DNA from: Sphingobium sp.
GTDB lineage: Bacteria > Pseudomonadota > Alphaproteobacteria > Sphingomonadales > Sphingomonadaceae
Reading direction: 5' to 3'
Assembly: GCA_036383495.1 (NCBI GenBank)
Contig: DASVOF010000004.1
Span: forward strand, 192 to 64,191
DNA length: 64,000 bases
The translations under genes were made by a program, and so were the position numbers. Within the stretch, counting starts at the first letter, position 1. Every line of letters starts with the position of its first letter. Positions 49,583 to 59,460 of the stretch are shown here, one piece after another. The notes beneath the pieces were generated by a model that had not been told where the DNA came from, searched no databases, and was given only the letters and a program-made list of their open reading frames with translations.

Positions 49583-50593
49583 ATGACGACAGACGGCGAA
49601 GAGCAGCATCCTGTCCTGGAAGGCTATTGGGATATCGACCAGCTGGTGACGGAGCTGAGCGCGGTGCGCAGCCGCTGGCGGCAGGAGCAACAACATCATG
49701 CCGAATATGGCGCGGAGGGATTTCCTTCGCGGGCCAATTTGACGAAGATCATGAGTTCGCTGTGCGGCGCGCTTTTCCCCCTGCGGCTGGGGCCCAGCTT
49801 CGTGCGCATCCATAATGAGGACGCCTTCGTCGCGCAGACGCTCCAGACGGCGCTCAGCAGGCTTTATGGCCAGATCCGGCTGGAACTGCTTTACGCGATG
49901 CCGGGGCAGGATGCGGTCGAGGTCGACGCGCAGGCGGCCCGTATCATCAGCAACTTCGCGCAGCGACTGCCGGGACTTCGCGCACTGCTCGACAGTGATG
50001 TGGAGGCCGCCTATCTCGGCGATCCCGCCGCGCGCAGCGTCGATGAGGTGCTGATCTGCTACCCGTCGATGCTGGCGATCATCCATCACCGCCTGGCGCA
50101 TGAGCTGCACGAACTGGGCGCGCCGCTGGTGGCGCGCATCACCTCCGAAATCGCCCATTCGCGCACCGGGATCGACATCCATCCCGGCGCGAAGATCGGC
50201 CGCAGCTTCTTCATCGACCATGGCACCGGCGTTGTCATCGGCGAAACCGCGATCGTCGGCGACCGGGTGCGGCTCTACCAGGGCGTGACGCTGGGCGCGC
50301 GCAGCTTCCCGGCGGATGAGAAGGGCGGCCTTGAAAAGGCGCTGCCGCGTCATCCGATTATCGAGGATGACGTGGTCATCTATGCGGGCGCGACCATATT
50401 GGGCCGCGTCATTGTGGGCAGCCGGTCGGTGATCGGCGGCAATGTCTGGCTGACCGACAGCGTGCCGGCGGACAGCAATGTGCGTCAGGCCAAGGCGCAA
50501 TATGAAGTGACGAGCCGGGTCGAAGTGTCGGCGCCGCACCGGGTTCATTCGCTGGCGGAGGTCGATCGGGAAGGGTTTGCGGAGAATATTTGA
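49583..50593 (+). CDS. Serine O-acetyltransferase (EpsC/SrpH type)
   Basis: GDPAARSVDEV, TGIDIHPGAKIG, FIDHGTGVVIGET, RHPIIED. Confidence 0.93.
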   Translation: MTTDGEEQHPVLEGYWDIDQLVTELSAVRSRWRQEQQHHAEYGAEGFPSRANLTKIMSSLCGALFPLRLGPSFVRIHNEDAFVAQTLQTALSRLYGQIRLELLYAMPGQDAVEVDAQAARIISNFAQRLPGLRALLDSDVEAAYLGDPAARSVDEVLICYPSMLAIIHHRLAHELHELGAPLVARITSEIAHSRTGIDIHPGAKIGRSFFIDHGTGVVIGETAIVGDRVRLYQGVTLGARSFPADEKGGLEKALPRHPIIEDDVVIYAGATILGRVIVGSRSVIGGNVWLTDSVPADSNVRQAKAQYEVTSRVEVSAPHRVHSLAEVDREGFAENI

Positions 50594-50606
50594 GGGGCAG
50601 CTTTTT

Positions 50607-50669
50607 CCGTTCGGGCTGAGCCCTTCGACAAGGCTCTCCTGAGCTTGTCGAAGGGCTCAGCCCGAACGG
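50607..50669. repeat. Family-D-derived perfect 26-bp inverted repeat between convergent genes
   Basis: CCGTTCGGGCTGAGCCCTTCGACAAG-11nt-CTTGTCGAAGGGCTCAGCCCGAACGG. Confidence 0.88.
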
Positions 50670-50693
50670 CGGTAAGTGATTTCGATCCGGGCC

Positions 50694-52328
50694 CTATTTC
50701 CCGCCGCAGCTGTCGCCCTCTCCGGCGATCAGGTCCAGGCAGCGCCCGTCAATCTCGCTTTTGGGCACGGGCAGGCCGATGAGCGCCGCGAGGCTCGGCA
50801 TGATGTCCGCCGTCTCCACGCCCAGCGGTTGTTCGAAATGCCGCATCCCCTTGCGCCAGAACAGGATCGGCACGCGCCGGTCGCTGTCCCATGGCGAGCC
50901 GTGCGTCGCGACGATGCCCTTGAGCGGAACGCTGATCGGGGTGATGCGGGGTTTCAGCAGCAGTAGCAGGTCGCCCGACCGTTCGGGATCGAAGCTGGCG
51001 CGCGCTTCCTGCAACAGGCTCCAGCTTTCCGGCGGGCCGGACGGGGAGGGGGTGGCGGCGATCTGCGCCTTGGTGAAGACGGTTTCGACCTGCGGATGGG
51101 CGCGCAGCAAGGCCAGCGTCGCCTTTTCGACCTTCGATCGCTGCGTCGGGGTAAGGCTGCGGTCGAAATAGAGGTCGCCGGACGGGCCGTCGCCGTAAAT
51201 CAGGGTCTTGCCGCTGATGCCGGTCTTTTCCGCCACTGTCGCCGAAAGCGCCTTTGGCATTAGCGCGGGGTCGACGCGCTGTTCCATCGGCATGGCGTTT
51301 TGCCGGTGCCGTTCGGGCAGGTCGTGGCCGCCATGATCGGCGGTCAGCATGACCACATAGTCGATCCCCTGGGCATCGAGCCGGTCGAAGAACGCGCCCA
51401 ACTCGCGGTCCAGCCGGTCGACCTGGATGCAGCTTTCGGTCCCTTCGGTGCCATAGGCGTGGCCGATCGCGTCGGTGGCGGAAAGGCCGATGGAGATGAT
51501 GTCCGTCTGCGCCTGCTTGCCGAGGTCCATATTGTCGATCGCAGCCGCCGCGAAGGCCAGCGTCATCGCATCCTGTTCAGGCGAGGTGCGGAAATCGTTA
51601 TAGTTGCCCGCCTCGCGCGCGAAGCGCCCGGTCCCTACGGTCTTGCCGCCGCCGATGCTGACAGGAAAATCCTTCGCCGCGCATTGCGGCGGCAGGTCGA
51701 AGCCGGGATTGGCCTGCGCCAGCCGCTGCGCGAAAACCTCGTTCACCTTTGCGGCCAGCGGCGGGGTTGGCACGCCTTTGTAGCTGACATAGCCCTTGGG
51801 ACTGAGCCACCAGACCTGATCCGCATTCGCCCCGCCCATCATGATCGCCGCGCGATCCTTGCCCGCGATCGACACGACGCGCGCGGCGGGATTGGCCGCC
51901 TTCATCCGCCCGCCCAGCGTCGGCACGCGCAGATGGATGGGGGACGCGACATAATTGCCGCTGCTGCTGCCCGGCTGGCTTTCATCCTCGGCGCAATAAA
52001 TGTTCTTGTCGGCGCGCGCGGCGCCAAGGTCGAACCAGTTGTTGGCGATGATGCCCGTGCGCGACGGACGGCTGCCGGTCAGGATGGTGCTGTGGCCGGG
52101 GCAGGTTTCAGTTGCGGCGTGGCTTTGATAGCCGCGGGGAAAGACGGCTCCTTCGCTCAGCCGCTTGAGGCCGCCTGTATAATATGGGCGATATTCGCTG
52201 AAGAGGTCGGCGGAAAACTGGTCTACCGAGATGGCGACGATCAGCCGGGGCGGCGCGGCGGCGGGTTCCTGCGCCAGTGTGGGCGGGGATGCGGCCAGGA
52301 GGAGGGCGGCGACGGCTTTCTTCAGCAT
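50694..52328 (-). CDS. phoK: Secreted alkaline phosphatase, PhoK/PafA type
   Basis: ISVDQFSADLFSEYR, HAATETCPGH (Thr nucleophile), TADHG, THGSPW; recognised as the sphingomonad PhoK type. Confidence 0.85.
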   Translation of the reverse strand: MLKKAVAALLLAASPPTLAQEPAAAPPRLIVAISVDQFSADLFSEYRPYYTGGLKRLSEGAVFPRGYQSHAATETCPGHSTILTGSRPSRTGIIANNWFDLGAARADKNIYCAEDESQPGSSSGNYVASPIHLRVPTLGGRMKAANPAARVVSIAGKDRAAIMMGGANADQVWWLSPKGYVSYKGVPTPPLAAKVNEVFAQRLAQANPGFDLPPQCAAKDFPVSIGGGKTVGTGRFAREAGNYNDFRTSPEQDAMTLAFAAAAIDNMDLGKQAQTDIISIGLSATDAIGHAYGTEGTESCIQVDRLDRELGAFFDRLDAQGIDYVVMLTADHGGHDLPERHRQNAMPMEQRVDPALMPKALSATVAEKTGISGKTLIYGDGPSGDLYFDRSLTPTQRSKVEKATLALLRAHPQVETVFTKAQIAATPSPSGPPESWSLLQEARASFDPERSGDLLLLLKPRITPISVPLKGIVATHGSPWDSDRRVPILFWRKGMRHFEQPLGVETADIMPSLAALIGLPVPKSEIDGRCLDLIAGEGDSCGGK

Positions 52329-52407
52329 TTTACGGGTCCCCTTCTCATGCCTTGACGGCGCATGCGCAGGGACCTAGCCCGCTCACATCCACGCGACCAG
52401 AGGCCCG

Positions 52408-54429
52408 ATGCGAATTTTTCATGTCCTTCTGATGACGTTGGCGCTGTTTCTGGCTCCAGCGGCGCGCGCACAGGGCGCTTTCGGGTCAGGTGCGCCGCAT
52501 ATCGCCGCCCGGCTGGAAGCCGAAAGCGCGACTCCCGCGCGCGGCCGGACGATCAGCATCGCCTTCGCCATGGCGCCCGAGCAGGGCTGGCACGGCTATT
52601 GGGAAAATCCGGGCGACGCGGGCCTGGGGATGAGCGTCAAATGGGTGCTGCCCAAGGGCGTCAGCATCGGCGCGCTACGCTATCCGGTGCCGGAGACGTT
52701 GGTGATCTCCGGCCTCATGAACCATGTCTATGAGGGGCCCTACGCGCTGCTGGCCGCCTTGACCGTCGCTCCCGATGTCCCGGTGGGTGCGCGCTTGCCG
52801 ATCCGGGGCCGCGCCGAGTGGCTGGCCTGCACCGACAAGGTTTGCGTGCCCGAAAGCGCGGACGTCACGCTCGACCTGACCGTGGGCGAGGGGGCGGTCG
52901 CGCCCGCAGTCCGGGCGCAGTTCGACGCATGGCGATCGCGCCTGCCAAGGCCGCTGGGGAGCGCGGCGACCTATGCGCTGGCCGACGGGCGGCTGCGGAT
53001 CGCGGTCCCTTTCCCCGCCGGAGCGACGGCGTCCGACATTCACCTGTTCCCGTTGCAGGATGGGCTGGCGCGCTATGCCGCGCCGCAATCCGTCACCCGG
53101 CAGGGCGATCGGCTGCTGATCGAAACCGAAGCAGGGCAGGGCTTCAAGGGTGGAGAGGTCCGCGCCGTGCTGCGCACCGGCGATCATGTCGGTTTCCTGC
53201 TGACGGCCCGACCCGGCGATGTCCCCGCTGTCCGGTCCGGCATGGTGCAGGCGACGCTGATCGCGCTGGGCGGCGCGATTCTGGGCGGGCTGCTGCTCAA
53301 TATCATGCCCTGCGTCTTTCCGATCCTGGGTCTCAAGGCATTGAAGCTCGCCCGCGCTGGCGGTGACGAACGCACGGTGCGGCGGGAGGCGCTGGCCTAT
53401 GCCGCCGGGGTCGTCCTCACCTGCCTCGCGCTGGGCGGGCTGTTGCTGGCGATCCGGGCGGCGGGGACGGCGGTCGGCTGGGCTTTCCAGTTGCAGGACC
53501 CGCGCGTCATCCTGCTGCTGCTGTTGCTGGTGACGGCGGTGGCGTTCAACCTCGCCGGGCTATTCGATCTCAGCGCCTTTGGCGGCGGAGACAGGCTGGC
53601 GCACAAGGCTGGGATGGCGGGCGCTTTCTGGACGGGCGCGCTGGTCGCCTTCGTCGCGACGCCCTGCACCGGGCCGTTCATGGGCGCGGCCATGGGTGCG
53701 GCGCTGGTGCTGCCGCTGCCCGCTTCGCTCGCGCTGTTCGCGGGACTGGGACTGGGGCTGGCCTTGCCCTTCCTGCTGCTGGCTTATGTGCCCGCGCTAC
53801 GCACGCGATTGCCGCGTCCGGGGCCGTGGATGGAGACGTTCCAGAAGATCCTTTCCGTGCCCATGTTCCTGACGGCGCTCGGCCTTGTCTGGCTGCTCGG
53901 CCAGCAGCGCGGCGTCGCCGCCATGACCATCGGCCTTGGCGCGGCGCTGCTCCTTGCGCTGCTGCTCTGGTGGCTGGGGGTTCGCCAGCATCGCGGCAGG
54001 CGCGGTGGCCTGATCGTGCTGCTGGGCGCGCCGCTGCTGCTCGCCGCCGGGGCAAGTCTGCTCCCTGCGCATGCGCCCGCCGTAACGAAGGCGGAAAGCG
54101 GCGCGATCCCGTTCGACGAAGCGCGGCTGGCCAGTCTGCGGGCGGCGAATAAGCCCGTCTTCCTCTACTTCACCGCCGACTGGTGCCTCACCTGCAAGGC
54201 CAATGAAGCCGCCGCCATCGACCGCGCCGAAACGCGCGAGGCGTTCAACAAAGCCGGCGTCACCGTGATGATCGGCGACTGGACCAATGCCGACCCCGGC
54301 ATCACCCGCTTCCTGGAGGCGCAGGGCCGGTCGGGCGTGCCCCTCTACCTCTGGTATGCGCCGGGCAGGGACGCGCAAGTGTTGCCGCAGTTGCTCACCG
54401 CCGCGACCCTGACGGCGCTGGCGCGCTGA
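52408..54429 (+). CDS. DsbD-family protein-disulfide reductase
   Basis: WHGYWENPGD, CTDKVC, MPCVFP, ATPCTGP, WCLTC. Confidence 0.92.
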   Translation: MRIFHVLLMTLALFLAPAARAQGAFGSGAPHIAARLEAESATPARGRTISIAFAMAPEQGWHGYWENPGDAGLGMSVKWVLPKGVSIGALRYPVPETLVISGLMNHVYEGPYALLAALTVAPDVPVGARLPIRGRAEWLACTDKVCVPESADVTLDLTVGEGAVAPAVRAQFDAWRSRLPRPLGSAATYALADGRLRIAVPFPAGATASDIHLFPLQDGLARYAAPQSVTRQGDRLLIETEAGQGFKGGEVRAVLRTGDHVGFLLTARPGDVPAVRSGMVQATLIALGGAILGGLLLNIMPCVFPILGLKALKLARAGGDERTVRREALAYAAGVVLTCLALGGLLLAIRAAGTAVGWAFQLQDPRVILLLLLLVTAVAFNLAGLFDLSAFGGGDRLAHKAGMAGAFWTGALVAFVATPCTGPFMGAAMGAALVLPLPASLALFAGLGLGLALPFLLLAYVPALRTRLPRPGPWMETFQKILSVPMFLTALGLVWLLGQQRGVAAMTIGLGAALLLALLLWWLGVRQHRGRRGGLIVLLGAPLLLAAGASLLPAHAPAVTKAESGAIPFDEARLASLRAANKPVFLYFTADWCLTCKANEAAAIDRAETREAFNKAGVTVMIGDWTNADPGITRFLEAQGRSGVPLYLWYAPGRDAQVLPQLLTAATLTALAR

Positions 54430-55166
54430 TGGCGAAGGCGCGCGCCGACCAGTTGCTCGTCGATCGCGGGCTCGCCGAAAGCCGGGCGCGGGCGCAGGCG
54501 TTGATCCTTGCGGGTCTCGTCTTCATGGGCGACCGGAAGATCGACAAGGCCGGCCAGCAGGTCGCGCAGGACGCCGCGCTGGAAGTCCGGGGACGCGATC
54601 ATCCCTGGGTGTCGCGCGGCGGCGTCAAGCTCGCCCATGCGATCGACCATTTCGGCATCGAGGTGACCGGCATGGTGGCGATCGACGTCGGCAGTTCGAC
54701 CGGCGGCTTCACCGACGTGCTGCTCAGCAAGGGCGCGGCGAAGGTCTATGCGGTCGACAGCGGGACCAACCAGCTCGCCTGGAAGCTGCGTTCCGACCCG
54801 CGCGTCGTCGTGCATGAGCAGACGAGCGCGCGCATACTGACGCCAAGCCATATCCCCGAACAGGTCGACATCATCGTGTGCGACGCCAGCTTCATCTCGC
54901 TGGCCAAGGTGCTGGAGCGGCCGATCAGCTTCGCTCGGCCCGGCGCGCATCTCGTCGCCCTCATCAAGCCGCAGTTCGAGGCGGGGCGCGAGGAAGTCGG
55001 CAAGGGCGGCGTCGTGCGCGATCCGGCGATCCACGCGCGCGTCTGCGATGAAGTAAGCGAGTGGGTGACGTCTGAGAAATGGGACGTTATAGGGATTACG
55101 CCCAGCCCGATCACGGGACCGCAGGGAAATGTCGAATTTCTCATCTACGCGCGCCTTGGCGGATAA
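54429..55166 (+). CDS. tlyA: TlyA family rRNA methyltransferase
   Basis: S4 domain, VSRGGVKL, DVGSSTGGFTD, LIKPQFE, GNVEF. Confidence 0.94.
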   Translation: MAKARADQLLVDRGLAESRARAQALILAGLVFMGDRKIDKAGQQVAQDAALEVRGRDHPWVSRGGVKLAHAIDHFGIEVTGMVAIDVGSSTGGFTDVLLSKGAAKVYAVDSGTNQLAWKLRSDPRVVVHEQTSARILTPSHIPEQVDIIVCDASFISLAKVLERPISFARPGAHLVALIKPQFEAGREEVGKGGVVRDPAIHARVCDEVSEWVTSEKWDVIGITPSPITGPQGNVEFLIYARLGG

Positions 55167-55253
55167 CGCCGCCGCGCGTTTCGCATGTCACAGTTACATT
55201 TCGCGACAAATGCTCCGGTTGTGTCGCTTGCAAAGGCCCGGTAGCCCTTTCCC

Positions 55254-56318
55254 ATGCGCATTTCCCTGTCCTTGTGCCTCCTTGCGCTGACCCTGGCCTC
55301 CTGCGGGGGCGACAAGGAGAAGAAAGCGCGACCCGCCGCTCTGGTGGAGGCCGCGCCGATCACGCGCGCCACCTTCACCGACGATCTGGAAGCGGTAGGC
55401 GCCGCGCTCGCCAATGAACAGGTCGTGCTGTCCGCCCCGGTGACGGAGCGGATCACGTCGATCAATTTCGCCGACGGCGGCTATGTCAGCCGGGGGCAGG
55501 TGATCGCGACGCTGGCCGTGGGGCAGGAAAGGGCCGAACTCGCCGCTGCGCAGGCGCAGGCGTTGCAGGCGAACCAGCAGCTGGAGCGCGTCCAGGCGCT
55601 CAAGAAGCGCGGCTTCGCCACCATGGCCAGCCTCGACCAGCAGGTGGCGGCGGCCAATTCCGCCCGCGCCAATGCGCAACTCGCCCGCGCCTCGATCGGC
55701 GACCGGATCATCCGCGCGCCCTTCGCCGGCTGGGTCAGCCTGCGGATGGTTTCGCCCGGCGCGATCGTCACGGCGGGCACGGAGATTGCAACGGTCAGCG
55801 ACATTTCGCGCATCAAGCTCGACTTCACCGTTCCGGAAACCCGCCTGTCGATGATCCGCGAAGGCCAGACGATCAATGCGGTAGCTGCGGCCTTTCCCGA
55901 TCGGCCCTTCACCGGAACCATCGCCACGATTGATCCGGTGGTCGATCCGGCGACGCGCGCGGTCAAGGTGCGGGCGATCCTGGCCAATCCCGATCGCGCC
56001 CTGAAGCCCGGCATGCTGCTGACCGTCAGCGTGGTCGCGCGGCAGCGCCAGTCGCTCGCCGTGCCCGAACTGGCGATCGTCGGCGACGGCGACGATCGTT
56101 TCCTGTTCGTGGTCGTCGACCGCAAGGCTAAAAGGGTCAAGGTCGCCACCGGCATCCGGCAGAACGGGCTGGTCGAAATATTGGGCGGCGTGAAGCCGGG
56201 GCAGCAGGTGGTGACGGACGGCGTGGTCAAGCTGACCGACGGTGTTCCCGTGCGCCTGCCCGGCGACAAGTCCGGCCCCCGCGCCAGGGTAGCGGATCGC
56301 GCCGGCGCGGGCGTTTAG
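55254..56318 (+). CDS. RND efflux periplasmic adaptor (lipoprotein)
   Basis: Lipobox LASC, IRAPFAG, LKPGM. Confidence 0.92.
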   Translation: MRISLSLCLLALTLASCGGDKEKKARPAALVEAAPITRATFTDDLEAVGAALANEQVVLSAPVTERITSINFADGGYVSRGQVIATLAVGQERAELAAAQAQALQANQQLERVQALKKRGFATMASLDQQVAAANSARANAQLARASIGDRIIRAPFAGWVSLRMVSPGAIVTAGTEIATVSDISRIKLDFTVPETRLSMIREGQTINAVAAAFPDRPFTGTIATIDPVVDPATRAVKVRAILANPDRALKPGMLLTVSVVARQRQSLAVPELAIVGDGDDRFLFVVVDRKAKRVKVATGIRQNGLVEILGGVKPGQQVVTDGVVKLTDGVPVRLPGDKSGPRARVADRAGAGV

Positions 56319-56332
56319 GGGAGGGCGGCGCG

Positions 56333-59300
56333 ATGCAGCTGTCCGATTTGTCCGTCCGCCGCCCGGTCTTCGCCGCCGTCGTCGCGGTGCTCCTGTGCAT
56401 CGTCGGCGTGGTGGGTTACATCAACCTGTCCATCCGCGAATATCCGGACACCGATCCGCCGATCGTGTCCGTCGAGACCAGCTATACCGGCGCGGCGGCT
56501 TCCGTCATCGAGACGCGCATCACGCAGATCATCGAGGATTCGGTCGCGGGCGTTCAGGGCATTCGGACAATCACGTCGACCTCGCGCGACGGCACGTCCG
56601 CGATCAGCATTGAATTCGACCCTTCGCGCGACATCGATACCGCCGCCAATGACGTGCGCGACCGCGTCGGCGCGGTGACCGAGGATCTGCCGGAGGACGC
56701 CCTCGCGCCCGAAATCCGCAAGGTCGATGCGGATGCGCGCCCGATCCTGTATTTCGTGTTCGCGCGGCCGGGCTGGACGCCGACGCAGATCGCCGATTAT
56801 CTCGATCGCAACGTGATCGACCGCTTGTCCGCGATCGACGGCGTCGCGCGCGTCAATGGCGGCGCGGACGAGCGGCCCGCGACCCGCATCTGGCTGAACG
56901 CGGAACGGCTGGCGGCCTTTGCGCTGACCCCCGCCGACATCGAGAACGCGTTGCGGGCGCAGAATGTGGAATTGCCCGCCGGCCGTTTTGAATCGAAGGA
57001 CCAGAACCAGACGCTGCGCGTGGAGCGAGCCTTCTCCACGCCCGAGCAATTTGCGCAACTGGTCGTCGGGCGCGGCGCCGACGGCTATCAGGTGAAGCTT
57101 GGCGACGTCGCCCGGATCGAGCAGGGCGCGGAAAATCCCTACACCTCCTTCCGCTCCAATGGCGGCACGGGCATCGGCATCGGCATCGTCCGCCAGTCGG
57201 GCGCGAACACGCTGGAAGTCGCCGAGCGCGCCAAGGCGCTGGTCGAGGAGCTGCGTCCGGACCTTCCGCAGGGCATGAACGTCACCATCGGATCGGACGA
57301 GTCGCTGTTCATCAGCCGCGCGATCGACAATGTCTATCACACGCTGCTGGAAGCGGCGGTGCTGGTCGTCCTCGTCATCTTCCTGTTCCTGGGCTCGCTG
57401 CGCGCGACTATCATTCCGTCGATCACGGTGCCGATCTGCCTGCTCGCGACCTGCGCGGTGATGTGGCTGCTGGGCCTGTCGATCAACCTGTTGACGCTGC
57501 TCGCCTTCGTGCTCGCCATCGGCCTTGTCGTCGACGACGCCATCGTCGTGCTGGAAAATGTCTATCACCGCATCGAACAGGGGGAAGACCCGCTGGTCGC
57601 CGCCTATCTCGGCGCCCGGCAGGTAGGCTTTGCGATCATTTCGACGACGCTGGTGGTTTGCGCCGTGTTCGTGCCGGTCATGTTCCTGGCCGGGCAGACG
57701 GGCCTGCTGTTCCGCGAGCTTGCCATCGCGATGATCGCGGCCATCGCCTTTTCGGGCTTCATCTCCTTGAGCCTCGCGCCGATGCTCTGCTCCAAATTGC
57801 TGCGCCACAGCGAGCGTGGGCGGCTGGCCCGCTGGGTCGACAATCGTTTCCAGCGGCTGGAAGGCGCCTATTCGCGGCTGCTCGACCGCGTCCTGCTTCG
57901 CCCCATGGTCGCGCTGGTCGCCCTTGCGCTCTTTCTTGGCGCGGCGGGGGCGCTGTTCATGACGCTGCCCAACGAGCTTGCGCCGGCCGAGGATACGGGC
58001 GTCGCGGACGGCCAGATCAGCGCGCCCGAAGGGACCGGATTCGACCGGATGATGGCCTATATGAAGCGGCTGGAGGATGATCTTCAACCCATGCTGAAGG
58101 ACGGCAGGGTGAAGGTGCTCATCACGCGGACGCCCGGCGGTTTCGGCGCGAGCGACGATTATAATGGCGGCAACGTCGTCGCCTTCCTGCGGCCATGGGA
58201 GGAGCGGACGGTCACCACCGCGCAGGTCGCCGACGCCATCAACAAGGTGATCGCCGACCAGCCCGGCGTGCGCGGCAATGTCGCGCCGCGTTCGGGGCTG
58301 GGGCGAGGGCGGGGCCTGCCGGTCAACATCGTGCTGGCAGGGGCGACCTATGAAGGGCTCGTCGCCGCGCGGAACCGGATCATGGCGGCGGCGGCCGGCA
58401 ATCCGGGCCTCGTCAACGTCGACAGCGACTATAAGGAAACCAAGCCGCAGATGCGGATAGAGGTGAACCAGCAGCGCGCGGGCGACCTGGGCGTATCGGC
58501 CAACGACATCAGCCAGGCGCTCCAGACCCTGCTCGGTTCCCGCCGCGTCACCACCTATATCGACCGGGGCAAGGAATATCGCGTCCTGATCCAGGCGGAG
58601 CGCGAGGGCCGTCAGACGCTCGCCGACCTGGAGCGCATTCAGGTCCGCACGCGCACCGGCGCGCTGACGCCGCTGTCGTCCGTCGTGACCGTCCGCGAAG
58701 TCGCCGGCCCGCGCCAGCTCAACCGTTACAACAAGCTGCGCGCCATCACCCTGACGGCGGGCCTCGCGCCGGGCTATTCGCTGGGCGAGGCGCTGACCTA
58801 TCTGGAAGGTCAGGCGCGCCAGTCGCCCGAAGTGCTCGCCATTGGCTATCGCGGGGAAAGCCAGTCTCTGCGGGAAACCGGCGGGTCGATCTGGCTTGTC
58901 TTCGGCCTTACCATCCTCATCGTCTACCTGCTGCTCGCCGCGCAGTTCGAAAGTTTCGTCCATCCCGGCGTCATCATCGCCACCGTGCCGCTGGCGGTGG
59001 CGGGCGGGGTACTGGGGCTGGTGCTGACCGGCGGGTCGATCAACCTCTACAGCCAGATCGGCATCGTCATGCTGGTGGGCCTCGCCGCGAAGAACGGCAT
59101 CCTGATCGTTGAATTCGCCAACCAGTTGCGCGACGAGGGGCTGGAGATCGCCGACGCGATCCGAAAAGCCGCCGCCCGCCGCCTGCGCCCGATCCTCATG
59201 ACCTCGATCGCGACCGTGATCGGCGCGATGCCGCTGGTCATCCAGGGCGGGGCGGGGGCGGCGGCGCGTCATTCGATCGGCGTGGTCGTGGTGTTCGGCG

Positions 59301-59437
59301 TGAGCCTCGCGACGCTGATCACGCTGTTCCTCATTCCCATCCTCTATTCGCGGGTTGCGAGACGAACCGTTTCACCGCAAACCGTCAGTCGGCGGCTTGA
59401 CACGGCCCTGAAGGATTCGCCCGAAGCCGCCGAGTGA
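56333..59437 (+). CDS. RND efflux permease (AcrB family)
   Basis: VRRPVFA, GLVVDDAIVVLEN, GLAAKNGILIVEF, RLRPILMT. Confidence 0.96.
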   Translation: MQLSDLSVRRPVFAAVVAVLLCIVGVVGYINLSIREYPDTDPPIVSVETSYTGAAASVIETRITQIIEDSVAGVQGIRTITSTSRDGTSAISIEFDPSRDIDTAANDVRDRVGAVTEDLPEDALAPEIRKVDADARPILYFVFARPGWTPTQIADYLDRNVIDRLSAIDGVARVNGGADERPATRIWLNAERLAAFALTPADIENALRAQNVELPAGRFESKDQNQTLRVERAFSTPEQFAQLVVGRGADGYQVKLGDVARIEQGAENPYTSFRSNGGTGIGIGIVRQSGANTLEVAERAKALVEELRPDLPQGMNVTIGSDESLFISRAIDNVYHTLLEAAVLVVLVIFLFLGSLRATIIPSITVPICLLATCAVMWLLGLSINLLTLLAFVLAIGLVVDDAIVVLENVYHRIEQGEDPLVAAYLGARQVGFAIISTTLVVCAVFVPVMFLAGQTGLLFRELAIAMIAAIAFSGFISLSLAPMLCSKLLRHSERGRLARWVDNRFQRLEGAYSRLLDRVLLRPMVALVALALFLGAAGALFMTLPNELAPAEDTGVADGQISAPEGTGFDRMMAYMKRLEDDLQPMLKDGRVKVLITRTPGGFGASDDYNGGNVVAFLRPWEERTVTTAQVADAINKVIADQPGVRGNVAPRSGLGRGRGLPVNIVLAGATYEGLVAARNRIMAAAAGNPGLVNVDSDYKETKPQMRIEVNQQRAGDLGVSANDISQALQTLLGSRRVTTYIDRGKEYRVLIQAEREGRQTLADLERIQVRTRTGALTPLSSVVTVREVAGPRQLNRYNKLRAITLTAGLAPGYSLGEALTYLEGQARQSPEVLAIGYRGESQSLRETGGSIWLVFGLTILIVYLLLAAQFESFVHPGVIIATVPLAVAGGVLGLVLTGGSINLYSQIGIVMLVGLAAKNGILIVEFANQLRDEGLEIADAIRKAAARRLRPILMTSIATVIGAMPLVIQGGAGAAARHSIGVVVVFGVSLATLITLFLIPILYSRVARRTVSPQTVSRRLDTALKDSPEAAE

Positions 59438-59460
59438 GCTTGTGTGGAGTTGCGCTGCCG

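Noticed and set aside
49538-49591. Anti-SD pairing upstream of the serine acetyltransferase
   Set aside because: Only 6-7 bp with wobble; expected by chance at this GC content.
56315-59272. 985-aa antisense ORF (likewise 25397-27802, 3321-5321, 32712-34643, 16247-17779)
   Set aside because: Shadow frames of GC-rich genes; no motifs, and each mirrors a well-supported gene on the other strand.
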